A DNA stretch of 28,224 nucleotides from the IMG/VR virus record IMGVR_UViG_3300022181_000145, positions 1-28,224 of that record; one strand, given 5' to 3'. Source of the DNA: a virus. Taxonomy: Duplodnaviria; Caudoviricetes. The notes under the pieces are model-generated. The model did not search any database, was not told the origin of the DNA, and saw nothing but the letters and a program-made list of their open reading frames with translations. The position numbers were made by a program, and so were the translations under genes. This document shows positions 16,978 to 25,810 of this stretch, piece after piece (position 1 is the stretch's first letter; every line of letters starts with the position of its first letter).

Positions 16978-17346
16978 ATGAATATACAACTGAAACGAAT
17001 CATTGGCGCTATCGGTGCGCTGGGTAAGCTGTCGGCAACCGATCTGCCGCTGAAGACCGCCTACAATGTCAAGAAAAGTATCGATCTTCTGCAAAAGGAG
17101 GTCGACTTTTTCAATCAGGAGCGCAAAAAGCTGCTGGAGAAATACGGCACGGAAAATGAAGACGGCAGCTTTACCCTGCGGGAGGATACGCTTTTAGACG
17201 CGCAGCGGAGCATGGAGGAACTGCTGGCCATGGAGGTCGCGCCGGATATAACGGCGGTTTCCATTCCTTTGGATGACGGTATTCGGCTGTCAGCCAATGA
17301 CATTGAAGCGTTAACGCCTTTCGTAACTTTTACAGAAACAGAATAA
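16978..17346 (+). CDS. Hypothetical phage protein (tail-fibre-associated)
   Basis: RBS GGGAGG; 'LPLKTAY', 'RKKLLEKYG' pattern common before holins. Confidence 0.75.
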   Translation: MNIQLKRIIGAIGALGKLSATDLPLKTAYNVKKSIDLLQKEVDFFNQERKKLLEKYGTENEDGSFTLREDTLLDAQRSMEELLAMEVAPDITAVSIPLDDGIRLSANDIEALTPFVTFTETE

Positions 17347-17359
17347 GGGGGATCTCAAA

Positions 17360-17770
17360 ATGAAAGAAATTTGGGCTTGGGCGCAGACGGCGTTTGCAGG
17401 GCTGGGCGCTTTGCTCGGCTGGTATTTGGGCGGCCTGGACGGCTTTCTCTATGCGCTTATCGCCTTTGTGGTGGTGGACTACATCACCGGCGTACTGCGG
17501 GCGATTGTGGAAAAGAAGCTGTCCAGCCGCATCGGAGCACACGGCATCGCCAAGAAGGTGGCCATCTTCTTGGTGGTTGGTATTGGGCATCTCATCGACA
17601 CTTACCTGATTAACGGCACAGGCGCGCCGCTCCGTACGGCGGTTATCTTCTTTTATATCGCCAATGAGGGTGTCTCGCTCCTTGAAAACGCCACAGCTAT
17701 CGGATTGCCTGTGCCGGCCAAGTTAAAGGATGTGTTGGCTCAACTACATGGAAAGGAAGGTAACGCATAA
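17360..17770 (+). CDS. Holin (toxin secretion/phage lysis holin, Phage_holin_4_1-like)
   Basis: Transmembrane segments, 'DYITG', 'LSSRIG..GIAKK', 'FYIANEGVSLLEN', 'GLPVP'. Confidence 0.92.
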   Translation: MKEIWAWAQTAFAGLGALLGWYLGGLDGFLYALIAFVVVDYITGVLRAIVEKKLSSRIGAHGIAKKVAIFLVVGIGHLIDTYLINGTGAPLRTAVIFFYIANEGVSLLENATAIGLPVPAKLKDVLAQLHGKEGNA

Positions 17771-18489
17771 TGAATCTACGCAAACTGGTCTTCACAAATA
17801 ATGCCTGCTACAGAGCAGGTAGAACCATTGTCCCCAAGGGCATCATGGTACATTCCACCGGGTCGAACAATCCATGGCTGAAGCGCTATGTAGGACCCGA
17901 TGACGGTTGGCTGGGTAAGAACCAGTACAACAATCACTGGAACCAGGACAAACCCGGTGGCAGGCAGGTCTGCGTTCACGGTTTCATCGGGAAACTCTCC
18001 GACGGTACGATTGCCACATACCAGACCCTCCCTTGGAATATGCGGGGGTGGCACTGCGGGAGCGGCGCCAAAGGCTCGGCTAATGATTCGTATATAGGGT
18101 TTGAAATCTGTGAGGATGGGCTGACCGACAAAACTTATTTCAATGCCGTCTACAGGGAAGCTGCCGAACTGTGCGCTTATCTCTGTAAGCAGTATGGGCT
18201 GACTGAGAAGGATATTATCTGCCACTCCGAGGGTTACAAGCTAGGTATTGCCAGTAATCATTCTGATGTGATGCACTGGTTTCCCAAGCATGAGAAGAGC
18301 ATGGACACGTTCCGTGCAGAAGTTAAAAGGCTGCTTGATACCGCTAACGCTCCCGCCCCTAAGCCGAACGATCCGAAAAAGCTATACCGTGTTCAGATCG
18401 GAGCTTACTCAGTCAAAGCAAACGCAGATGCCATGCTGGCAAAGGTCAAGGCGGCGGGTTTCAAGGATGCCTTCGTTAAAACAGAATAA
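17770..18489 (+). CDS. Endolysin: N-acetylmuramoyl-L-alanine amidase (Amidase_2) with C-terminal SPOR domain
   Basis: 'GIMVHSTG', 'GWHCG', 'IGFEICED', 'ICHSEG', 'NHSD'; C-terminus 'LYRVQIGAYSVKANA..ML.KVKAAGF.DAFV'; TAATG coupling to the holin. Confidence 0.92.
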   Translation: MNLRKLVFTNNACYRAGRTIVPKGIMVHSTGSNNPWLKRYVGPDDGWLGKNQYNNHWNQDKPGGRQVCVHGFIGKLSDGTIATYQTLPWNMRGWHCGSGAKGSANDSYIGFEICEDGLTDKTYFNAVYREAAELCAYLCKQYGLTEKDIICHSEGYKLGIASNHSDVMHWFPKHEKSMDTFRAEVKRLLDTANAPAPKPNDPKKLYRVQIGAYSVKANADAMLAKVKAAGFKDAFVKTE

Positions 18490-18510
18490 AAGCTTTACGT
18501 AAATTATCAC

Positions 18511-18550
18511 GTCCATCGAGCCGGATTCTCTACTCGGTGGGCATTTTTTT
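18511..18550 (+). terminator. Intrinsic terminator after the lysis module
   Basis: GTCCATCGAG...CTCGGTGGGC stem followed by ATTTTTTT. Confidence 0.8.
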
Positions 18551-18622
18551 CCTTAGGGGTTTACTCCCGCCGTTCCCGTGGCCTACCTGTGAGGGATACC
18601 TCCCTCGGAATGGGGTGCGGTC

Positions 18623-18997
18623 ATGATACGGGATGAAATCATCAAGATCAATGAACTTCGGAAAGACGGAATGGGCTATAAGCGGATATCCGCACTTATG
18701 GGCATTCCCATCAATACAGTCAAATCCTACTGCCGCAGAAACCCTGTCAGCGATGTTGCGGTATGCCGGCAGTGCAGAGAACCCATCAAGCAGACGCCGC
18801 ATAAGAGAGCTAAAAGGTTCTGTTCTGACTCTTGCCGTATGGCATGGTGGAGAGCACACCCGGAGCAAGTTCGGCGGAGAGTCTTTCACCTGACCTGTGC
18901 AAGGTGCGGAAAGCCCTTTGACAGCGTTGGCAGCGGCAAGCGGAAATATTGCTCACGCGCCTGTTACGCCGATGCCCGCCGCAAGGAGGTGCGGTAG
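18623..18997 (+). CDS. HTH plus double zinc-finger DNA-binding protein
   Basis: HTH 'GMGYKRISALMGIPINTVKSYCRR', then CRQC..FCSDSC and CARC..YCSRAC. Confidence 0.8.
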   Translation: MIRDEIIKINELRKDGMGYKRISALMGIPINTVKSYCRRNPVSDVAVCRQCREPIKQTPHKRAKRFCSDSCRMAWWRAHPEQVRRRVFHLTCARCGKPFDSVGSGKRKYCSRACYADARRKEVR

Positions 18998-19162
18998 ATG
19001 ATGCCGGACGAACTGTTCCGCCGTGTGGCCCTCTACCGGGCGACGATGTCGCTCATGCGGGGGATGCTCACCAAGGGTATTATTTCTGAGAAAGAGTACA
19101 AGGAGATCGATAGAATATTTGCCGAAAAATACGGCTTATCTTCGTCCACTATATATCGCTGA
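18998..19162 (+). CDS. Small SHOCT-like protein (54 aa; absent from the ORF track)
   Basis: RBS AAGGAGGT; MMPDELFRRVALYRATMSLMRGMLTKGIISEKEYKEIDRIFAEKYGLSSSTIYR contains the SHOCT-like 'GIISEKEY'. Confidence 0.75.
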   Translation: MMPDELFRRVALYRATMSLMRGMLTKGIISEKEYKEIDRIFAEKYGLSSSTIYR

Positions 19163-19166
19163 CCCC

Positions 19167-19206
19167 CTTGCTATTGCTACGGATTTGAGCGAATATGTCA
19201 TATACC
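19167..19206 (+). promoter_or_regulatory. Conserved promoter-like motif, copy 4 of 4
   Basis: CTTGCTAT-N8-ATTTGAG-CGAATATGTCATATACC upstream of recombinase 1. Confidence 0.55.
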
Positions 19207-19221
19207 GAGGAGGTGATAACA

Positions 19222-20526
19222 GTGGAACGTAAGGTAACAAAGGTCGAGTTTCAGATTCCCGCGCAGCCGGCAGCGAAGCGCGTGGCGGCATACGCACGCG
19301 TTTCCTCCGGCAAGGACGCTATGCTTCATTCGCTCTCGGCGCAGGTCAGCTACTACTCCGACTTTATCCAGCAACACCCCGGCTGGCTCTACTGCGGCGT
19401 GTATGCCGACGAAGCCCTGACTGGCACAAAGGACGACCGAGAGGGCTTTCAACGTCTGCTAGCTGAGTGCCGTGCCGGGAATGTGGACATGGTCATTACA
19501 AAGTCTATATCCCGTTTTGCCCGAAATACGGTAACGCTATTGGAAACAGTGCGGGAGCTGAAAAATCTGGGCGTAGACGTCTTCTTTGAAGAGCAGCACA
19601 TTCACACCGTTAGCGCCGAGGGCGAGCTGATGATGACCATACTGGCATCCTATGCCCAGGAAGAAAGCCTGTCAGCCAGCGAAAACCAAAAGTGGCGGAT
19701 CCAGCGGAATTTTGAGGAGGGAAAACCCTGGAACTGCACGATGTTAGGTTATCGGCAAAAGGATGGCTGGCCCGCAGTAGTGCCTGAGGAGGCAGAGATC
19801 GTCAGGGGTATTTATCACGACTACCTTTCCGGCCTAGGTGTTCAAGGCATTGCAAAAAAGCTAAATGAAAACGGCGTCCCGTCCCGCATGGGTAAAAATT
19901 GGAGCAGACATTGCATTAACGGGATATTGCGAAACCCAACCTATACAGGCTGCTTGCTCCTGCAGCGAAAGTACCGTGAAAACCATCTGACAAAACGGAC
20001 GCTTGACAACAAGGGTGAGCTTCCCATGTACAGCGTAGAAAATAGCCATGAGCCTATCATTGACAGAGAGATGTTCGATGCCGTGCAAGCGGAAATTGAG
20101 CGGCGAGCCAAAAAACACGCGCCCAAATCCAAGAAGCAGGACGTTTACTCTTTCACCGGCTTAATTACTTGCGGCCTCTGCGGTAAAAATTATCGCAGGA
20201 AGGTCACGGCCACGAGTCCAGTCTGGATCTGCTCAACTTACAACACGCTGGGTAAATCGTCCTGCCCATCCAAGCAGATACCGGAAGAAACGCTGCTATC
20301 CGAAACCGCCGCTGCGTTGGGACTACCAGCCTTTGACGATGATATATTTTCGGAACGCATTGAACGTATCGAGGTGCCGGAACCAAACCATCTGCTGTAT
20401 GTGTTTAAGGACGGAAACACAGTTCGGCGCGCGTGGCAAGACCGCTCCAGAGCGGAAAGCTGGACGCTGGAAATGAAAGAAACCGCAAGGCGGCGGGCTT
20501 CTCGGCAAAGGAGGGCAAGCAAATGA
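19222..20526 (+). CDS. Large serine recombinase 1
   Basis: Catalytic 'AAYARVSS', 'TKSISRFARN', recombinase domain 'HEPII', Zn ribbon 'CGLCG..C..C'; GTG start after GGAGGTGA. Confidence 0.92.
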   Translation: MERKVTKVEFQIPAQPAAKRVAAYARVSSGKDAMLHSLSAQVSYYSDFIQQHPGWLYCGVYADEALTGTKDDREGFQRLLAECRAGNVDMVITKSISRFARNTVTLLETVRELKNLGVDVFFEEQHIHTVSAEGELMMTILASYAQEESLSASENQKWRIQRNFEEGKPWNCTMLGYRQKDGWPAVVPEEAEIVRGIYHDYLSGLGVQGIAKKLNENGVPSRMGKNWSRHCINGILRNPTYTGCLLLQRKYRENHLTKRTLDNKGELPMYSVENSHEPIIDREMFDAVQAEIERRAKKHAPKSKKQDVYSFTGLITCGLCGKNYRRKVTATSPVWICSTYNTLGKSSCPSKQIPEETLLSETAAALGLPAFDDDIFSERIERIEVPEPNHLLYVFKDGNTVRRAWQDRSRAESWTLEMKETARRRASRQRRASK

Positions 20527-22109
20527 CAAAGACGGCGCGGTCGGTCACGGTCATCCCGCCGACCATCAATCCCATCACCCATTTGCCGGGCTTATCAGTA
20601 AGAAAGCGCCGTGTTGCCGGATATGCTCGTGTTTCCACCGATAAAGACGAGCAGTTCACCAGCTACGAAGCGCAGATCGACTATTATACACAATATATCA
20701 AGAGAAATCCCGAGTGGGAGTATGTGACCGTCTATACGGACGAGGGCCTATCCGGTTTGAATGCAAAAAAGCGCGAGGGCTTTAACCAGATGGTGGAAGA
20801 CGCCCTTGGGGGTAAGATAGACCTTATCGTCACCAAATCCGTCAGTCGATTTGCCCGAAACACAGTGGATAGCCTGGTTACCGTACGCAAATTGAAGGAA
20901 AAAGGCGTGGAGGTGTATTTTGAAAAAGAGCAAATTTTCACGCTTGACAGCAAGGGCGAACTGCTCATCACCATCATGTCCTCGCTGGCGCAAGAGGAGT
21001 CCCGCTCCATTTCCGAAAACGTCACCTGGGGTCAGCGCAAGCGGTTCTCGGACGGAAAGGTCAGTCTTCCGTACAGCCAGTTCCTCGGCTACGAACGTGG
21101 ACAGGACGGCATACCGCAGATCGTAGAGGAAGAAGCGGTGCTGGTCAGGCGTATTTATAATCTTTTCATGAGCGGAAAGACTGCCTGTGCGATAGCAAAA
21201 AAGCTTACCTCCGAAGGCATTCCTACACCAGCTGGCAAGGCAAAATGGCAGGTAAGCACGATTGAAAGCATCCTCACGAATGAGAAGTATAAGGGCGCTG
21301 CATTACTGCAAAAACGATTCACCGTTGATTTTCTTACAAAAACTATGAAGGTAAACGAGGGCGAGGTACCCCAATACTGGGTGGAACACTCCCATGAGCC
21401 GATCATACCTCCGGATGAATGGGATGTCGTTCAGAAGGAATTTGCACGGCGCAAGGCTCTGGGTCGCAGATACAGCGGGAACAACGTATTTTCTTCCCGC
21501 ATCGTCTGCGGCGACTGTGGAGCATTTTTCGGTTCCAAGGTTTGGAACTCCACCAGCAAATACCGCCGCACCATATGGCAGTGCAACGCTAAGTTCAAAA
21601 ACGAACATAAATGCATGACGCCCCATCTGGACGAGGAGCAGATTAAAATTCGCTTCCTCGCTGCCTTCGACACCCTGCTTGATTGCAAAGATGCTCTTCT
21701 GGAGAATTGCGAACAGGTTAGAGCTATGTATACAGACTGCTCCGCCATCGACACCGAGCTTGCTGAGCTGCTCCGTGAGATCGATGTAGTCACTGAGCTG
21801 ACGAGAAAGTGTATAGAAGAAAATGCCGTGAACATTCAAAGCCAGGATGAGTACCTTATCCGCTATAACTGCTACGTGGAACGGTACGATGCGGCAAAGG
21901 AAAAGGTAGAGGTGCTGGAGCAGGAGCGGACGCTGCGTTTAGCACGAGCGGACGCCTTTGACGCCTTCATCCAGACTGTAAAAGAGCTGGATACCGTCCC
22001 CTCCGAGTTTGACGATAAGTTGTGGCAAAAGACCATAGACGCAGTCACAGTAAGAAACGACGGAGTGCTGGTATTCAGATTCCAAAACGGAATGGAAATA
22101 GAAGGATAA
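20523..22109 (+). CDS. Large serine recombinase 2
   Basis: 'GYARVST', 'TKSVSRFARN', 'HEPII', Zn ribbon 'CGDCG', coiled coil; ATGA-coupled to recombinase 1. Confidence 0.93.
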   Translation: MTKTARSVTVIPPTINPITHLPGLSVRKRRVAGYARVSTDKDEQFTSYEAQIDYYTQYIKRNPEWEYVTVYTDEGLSGLNAKKREGFNQMVEDALGGKIDLIVTKSVSRFARNTVDSLVTVRKLKEKGVEVYFEKEQIFTLDSKGELLITIMSSLAQEESRSISENVTWGQRKRFSDGKVSLPYSQFLGYERGQDGIPQIVEEEAVLVRRIYNLFMSGKTACAIAKKLTSEGIPTPAGKAKWQVSTIESILTNEKYKGAALLQKRFTVDFLTKTMKVNEGEVPQYWVEHSHEPIIPPDEWDVVQKEFARRKALGRRYSGNNVFSSRIVCGDCGAFFGSKVWNSTSKYRRTIWQCNAKFKNEHKCMTPHLDEEQIKIRFLAAFDTLLDCKDALLENCEQVRAMYTDCSAIDTELAELLREIDVVTELTRKCIEENAVNIQSQDEYLIRYNCYVERYDAAKEKVEVLEQERTLRLARADAFDAFIQTVKELDTVPSEFDDKLWQKTIDAVTVRNDGVLVFRFQNGMEIEG

Positions 22110-22110
22110 C

Positions 22111-22166
22111 AAAATAACCCATTTGCAGGCGTCACATGGCGCGGCAAACGGGTTGTTTTTCTTTTT
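22111..22166. terminator. Probable bidirectional terminator
   Basis: AAAATAACCCATTTGC...GCAAACGGGTTGTTTT followed by a T-tract, between convergent genes. Confidence 0.75.
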
Positions 22167-22268
22167 AAGAGTGCAAGGGTGCAGAGTGCAAATAAGGGCC
22201 TCATCGTGCATTCTTGCGCTGGATTGCTCAACGTTTGAAATCAACGTAGATAATGTTGCCCTCAATTC

Positions 22269-22592
22269 TTATGCGGGGTTTTCTTTTTTAATCCCTACTG
22301 CATGCGATGATAACATATTTAGTGCATCCTGCTGCGCCCTCTCGTCCGCATTTCGCGCAGCAGACAAAAGAGCCTTCTCATACGCTGTCAATCTGGACGC
22401 ATCGGGCTTGGCTCTGCCGAAAATGTCATCAAGCGACACTTCAAAACAGTCTGCAATTTTTATGAGCATATCTATTGATGGTTCCCTATCTCCGGTCTCA
22501 TACCTTGAATAAACGACGGACGAGCAACCTATATAATCAGCAACGGCCTTTTGAGTAAGCCCTTTTGCCAGTCGAATTTCTTTCAAGTTCAT
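22269..22592 (-). CDS. XRE-family HTH repressor (CI/ImmR-like)
   Basis: 'LKEIRLAKGLTQKAVADYIGCS...SRYETGDREP...KIADCFEVSLDDIFGR'; RBS GGAGGTG. Confidence 0.92.
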   Translation of the reverse strand: MNLKEIRLAKGLTQKAVADYIGCSSVVYSRYETGDREPSIDMLIKIADCFEVSLDDIFGRAKPDASRLTAYEKALLSAARNADERAQQDALNMLSSHAVGIKKENPA

Positions 22593-22618
22593 GGTCACAC
22601 CTCCACGACTATATTTTA

Positions 22619-22709
22619 TTACCATATTGGCAACAAAGATATTACCGAATCGGTAACTTGACTCTTGACTATCTACCTTATTGGTAATATACTACTACCA
22701 TGTCGGTAA
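22619..22709. promoter_or_regulatory. Four 15-bp palindromic operators overlapping a sigmaA promoter
   Basis: YTACC-N5-GGYAA at 22619, 22642, 22673 and 22695; TTGACT(22665)-N17-TATACT(22688). Confidence 0.85.
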
Positions 22710-22725
22710 TACGGGGGTGCGGTGT

Positions 22726-22932
22726 ATGTGTGGTTTACGTACGATCAGGCAGCAACAAAAAATCTCACAAAAAGAACTTGCTAAAGCGACTGGCCTATCC
22801 GCAGCTAGCATCAGCCGATATGAAACTGGCGATAGAAAGTTATCCGTTGATGTTGCGAAGCGGCTGTCCGTAACCTTGAACATAAATTGGGCCTCTCTTT
22901 TCGACGAACAGATGGCAACAAAGGACGCATAA
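22726..22932 (+). CDS. XRE-family HTH protein (Cro-like)
   Basis: 'LRTIRQQQKISQKELAKATGLSAASISRYETGDRK'; divergent from the repressor. Confidence 0.88.
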   Translation: MCGLRTIRQQQKISQKELAKATGLSAASISRYETGDRKLSVDVAKRLSVTLNINWASLFDEQMATKDA

Positions 22933-22949
22933 GGCGGGTGACAGGCGAA

Positions 22950-23969
22950 ATGGGTGCAACTTTTGAATATGGGTACTTTTCATCTATCAAGCAGAAAAAG
23001 GTTGAGTGGCTATGGTACCCATATATACCGTATGGAAAACTCACGCTCCTTCAAGGTGATCCTGGAGAGGGCAAATCAACTTTCATTTTAAATGTTGCCG
23101 CGCTTCTGACAAGAGGCTCACCCATGCCAGACGGATATGAAGTGCCTACACCACAAACGGTAATATATCAATGCGCAGAGGACAGTATGGTTGATACCGT
23201 GAAGCCGAGACTGGTCGCCGCTGACGCTGACTGCGATAAGGTTGCATATATCGTTGATGAAACAGATCGGCTTACATTGGAAGATGACCGCATTGAAAAA
23301 GCAATCCTGCAAACAAAAGCCCGATTACTCATTCTTGATCCGCTGCAGGCATTTCTGTCTCAGGATGGCGATATGCAAAGTGCTGGCCGGATGCGCAATA
23401 TCCTCGGAAAGCTTTCATTGCTCGCGGCGAAGTATAATTGTGCCATCGTCTTGATTGGGCATATGAACAAAGGGAACGCCGGTAATAGCATATACCGTAG
23501 TCTTGGCAGTATTGATATTGCGGCGATAGCCAGAAGTGTGCTGATGATAAAAAGAGATGGAAAGGATTCGCAGGTACGATATATGATCCCCATAAAATCC
23601 AGCCTGTCGCCAGAGGGCACGGCGATTGCTTTTTCGCTCGGCGGAGAGGAAGGTTTTCAATGGCTGGGGCCGTGCGATTTAGACTTCTACGACATAGAGG
23701 AATGCCACACCCGGAAGAATGGAAAAAAGACCGATGTTGCTGATTGCCTTATAGAAATGCTAAGTGAGCATGATGTATTGAGCGCTGATATTCTCTCCGA
23801 AATGAGCCAGCTTGGCGTGTCTCGGAGGACGGTGTTCAACGCAAAAAAGGAAGTCGGTGTTCAAGCATACCGGAAAAATAATGCCTGGTATTGGCGGTTA
23901 CCTAAAACACGCCTGGACGACGGCGTTGACGGAATAATGCAAAGCTGTGATACAGTGGAACGAGGTTAA
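22950..23969 (+). CDS. AAA_25/RepA-like (RecA-fold) ATPase, putative helicase, with C-terminal HTH-like region
   Basis: 'VEWLWYPYIPYGKLTLLQGDPGEGKST' (Walker A), 'LLILDP' (Walker B), 'LIGHMNK', 'GSIDIAAIARSVL'. Confidence 0.88.
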   Translation: MGATFEYGYFSSIKQKKVEWLWYPYIPYGKLTLLQGDPGEGKSTFILNVAALLTRGSPMPDGYEVPTPQTVIYQCAEDSMVDTVKPRLVAADADCDKVAYIVDETDRLTLEDDRIEKAILQTKARLLILDPLQAFLSQDGDMQSAGRMRNILGKLSLLAAKYNCAIVLIGHMNKGNAGNSIYRSLGSIDIAAIARSVLMIKRDGKDSQVRYMIPIKSSLSPEGTAIAFSLGGEEGFQWLGPCDLDFYDIEECHTRKNGKKTDVADCLIEMLSEHDVLSADILSEMSQLGVSRRTVFNAKKEVGVQAYRKNNAWYWRLPKTRLDDGVDGIMQSCDTVERG

Positions 23970-23974
23970 CCACA

Positions 23975-25810
23975 ATGAAAAATGATGAGGGCAGAGAACA
24001 AATACGTCAGATTTATCGGCGAGAAGAACCTGGGGAAAAGGTGTTTATTCCGGCAAAGCCGAAAATAGATATTTTTGAGGGCGGGAGGATATTCCGAATA
24101 TGTGCCTATTGTCGCGTTTCAACGGACAATGATGCGCAATTATCCTCTTACGAGTTACAGCAAGGCCATTATACCCAAGTTGCTGAGAGCCATCCCAACT
24201 GGGATCTAAAGCGAATATTCGCGGACGAGGGGATTTCCGGCACTTCTCTTAAAAACAGAGATGAGTTCAACGCAATGATCGCTGCCTGCGAAGCTGGAGA
24301 ATATGACCTAATCGTAACAAAGAGCGTTTCCCGTTTTGCAAGGAATTTGGTGGACTGCATCTCTCTGGTACGCAAGCTAAAGAGACTGAATCCACCCGTG
24401 GGTGTAATCTTTGAAACCGATAATCTTAATACGCTCTCCGAGGATTCCGAACTGATGCTATCCTTCCTTGCAACATTTGCTCAGGAGGAGTCAGTAAAGA
24501 AAAGTGAGAGTATGCTTTGGTCGCTCAAGGAGCGCAATAAATCTGGGAAGCTGCTTACCCCGGCATTGCTCGGATATGAGCGGCCTAGAGATGAAGTCGG
24601 ACGGTATATCAAATACGCACCGCTTCAAATTGTTGAATCGGAGGCGGATATCGTCCGTTTCATATTTAATGCTTTTCTTGCTGGGCGGTCGACCACCGAT
24701 ATTGCTACACTGCTCACGGATATACAGTGCCAGACAAAGACAGGCAGCACAGAGTGGAATGAAGGCTCAATCAATTACATACTGAAAAACGAACGATACT
24801 GCGGAAATGTTCTCACGTGGAAAACCTTTACCGCAGATTTGTATGAGCACAAGCACAAAAGGAATCGGCAAGACCGCGATCAATATTTGTATGTCAATCA
24901 TCATGAGGCAATTATATCTGTAGAAAAATTTGAGGCAGTGCAGGTACTGCTTGCAAATAAAAAGCACCATGTTCGCGGCGGTCTCCCTGTTATGCAGGTT
25001 ATTGAGGATGGAATATTCAGAGGGTTTGTTCCGGTTAATCACCATTGGCTGAACGATGACCCCAACACCTATTATGATGCATCAAACAGCGTAGAAAATA
25101 AAAATGCCCTAAAAAGAATCCGCAGAAGAGACTTCAGCGCTTTCAACCTTGAAGGCTATCAGGTGGTGCGTGGTCAGTTCCTGACCGCAAGGTATGAATG
25201 CCCAAGTATCACGATAGCAAAAGAGCGGATTTCTTTTAACGTCAACTGTATGAGAAAGTTTTTCGATGTGCCGTATATTCAACTGCTGCTTCACCCAACA
25301 GAAAGAAAAATCGCCATACGCCCATGTAATGAAAGCGATGTCCATAGTATCAGATGGCGTGTGGATACGGAAAAACCTTTGTCCACCAAAACAATAAGCT
25401 GCCCGCATTTTGGTAACGCTCTGTTCCAGATTATGGGCTGGAATCCGGACTTCTTATACCGAATACGCGGAACCTGGGCTGCAAGGGACTGCGACGAGAT
25501 TATTGTGTTCAACCTTACTAACGCTGCCCCAGCGGCATACATAAACAATAGTATTAAGGCAAGCGGAAGCATCCACCGGAAAAGGGTATCACTTTGCCCA
25601 GAAGAATGGAGTGATACGTTTGGGCAGGAATTCTACGATTATGGTGTTCAAAACGGGTTCTTTTTTATCGCTCGCAATTATGACTGGAAAGCACAGTCAA
25701 AAGCGATTACGATTCCTGGTCTTGAAAACACCACTGTGCTATCTGCGGACGAGCTGCAAATGACCATAGAAAACTTACGATTGAGGGTGGGGCCTGCTCA
25801 TGGAGAATAA
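23975..25810 (+). CDS. Large serine recombinase 3 with an atypical C-terminal domain
   Basis: 'CAYCRVST', 'TKSVSRFARN', 'NERYCG', 'HEAII'; no CxxC Zn ribbon; C-terminal domain homologous to the three downstream ORFs. Confidence 0.9.
   Translation: MKNDEGREQIRQIYRREEPGEKVFIPAKPKIDIFEGGRIFRICAYCRVSTDNDAQLSSYELQQGHYTQVAESHPNWDLKRIFADEGISGTSLKNRDEFNAMIAACEAGEYDLIVTKSVSRFARNLVDCISLVRKLKRLNPPVGVIFETDNLNTLSEDSELMLSFLATFAQEESVKKSESMLWSLKERNKSGKLLTPALLGYERPRDEVGRYIKYAPLQIVESEADIVRFIFNAFLAGRSTTDIATLLTDIQCQTKTGSTEWNEGSINYILKNERYCGNVLTWKTFTADLYEHKHKRNRQDRDQYLYVNHHEAIISVEKFEAVQVLLANKKHHVRGGLPVMQVIEDGIFRGFVPVNHHWLNDDPNTYYDASNSVENKNALKRIRRRDFSAFNLEGYQVVRGQFLTARYECPSITIAKERISFNVNCMRKFFDVPYIQLLLHPTERKIAIRPCNESDVHSIRWRVDTEKPLSTKTISCPHFGNALFQIMGWNPDFLYRIRGTWAARDCDEIIVFNLTNAAPAAYINNSIKASGSIHRKRVSLCPEEWSDTFGQEFYDYGVQNGFFFIARNYDWKAQSKAITIPGLENTTVLSADELQMTIENLRLRVGPAHGE

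Larger units (their letters stand above)
1..22165 (+). mobile_element. Siphovirus-type prophage (right-hand part: methylase/accessory, packaging, head, tail, lysis and recombinase modules); left end lies outside the window
   Basis: Co-oriented canonical order terL-portal-ClpP protease-capsid-head/tail-MTP-TAC-TMP-tail-holin-amidase-recombinases, ending at a strong hairpin at 22111-22166. The right boundary is approximate. Confidence 0.93.

Noticed and set aside
9025-18470. Similarity of 'AKLKAAG' (head fiber) and 'AKVKAAG' (endolysin)
   Set aside because: The match is too short, and the endolysin segment is a normal SPOR-domain helix, so it is probably coincidental.
22123-22512. 129-aa plus-strand ORF
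   Set aside because: It begins inside a terminator hairpin and is antisense to the XRE repressor.
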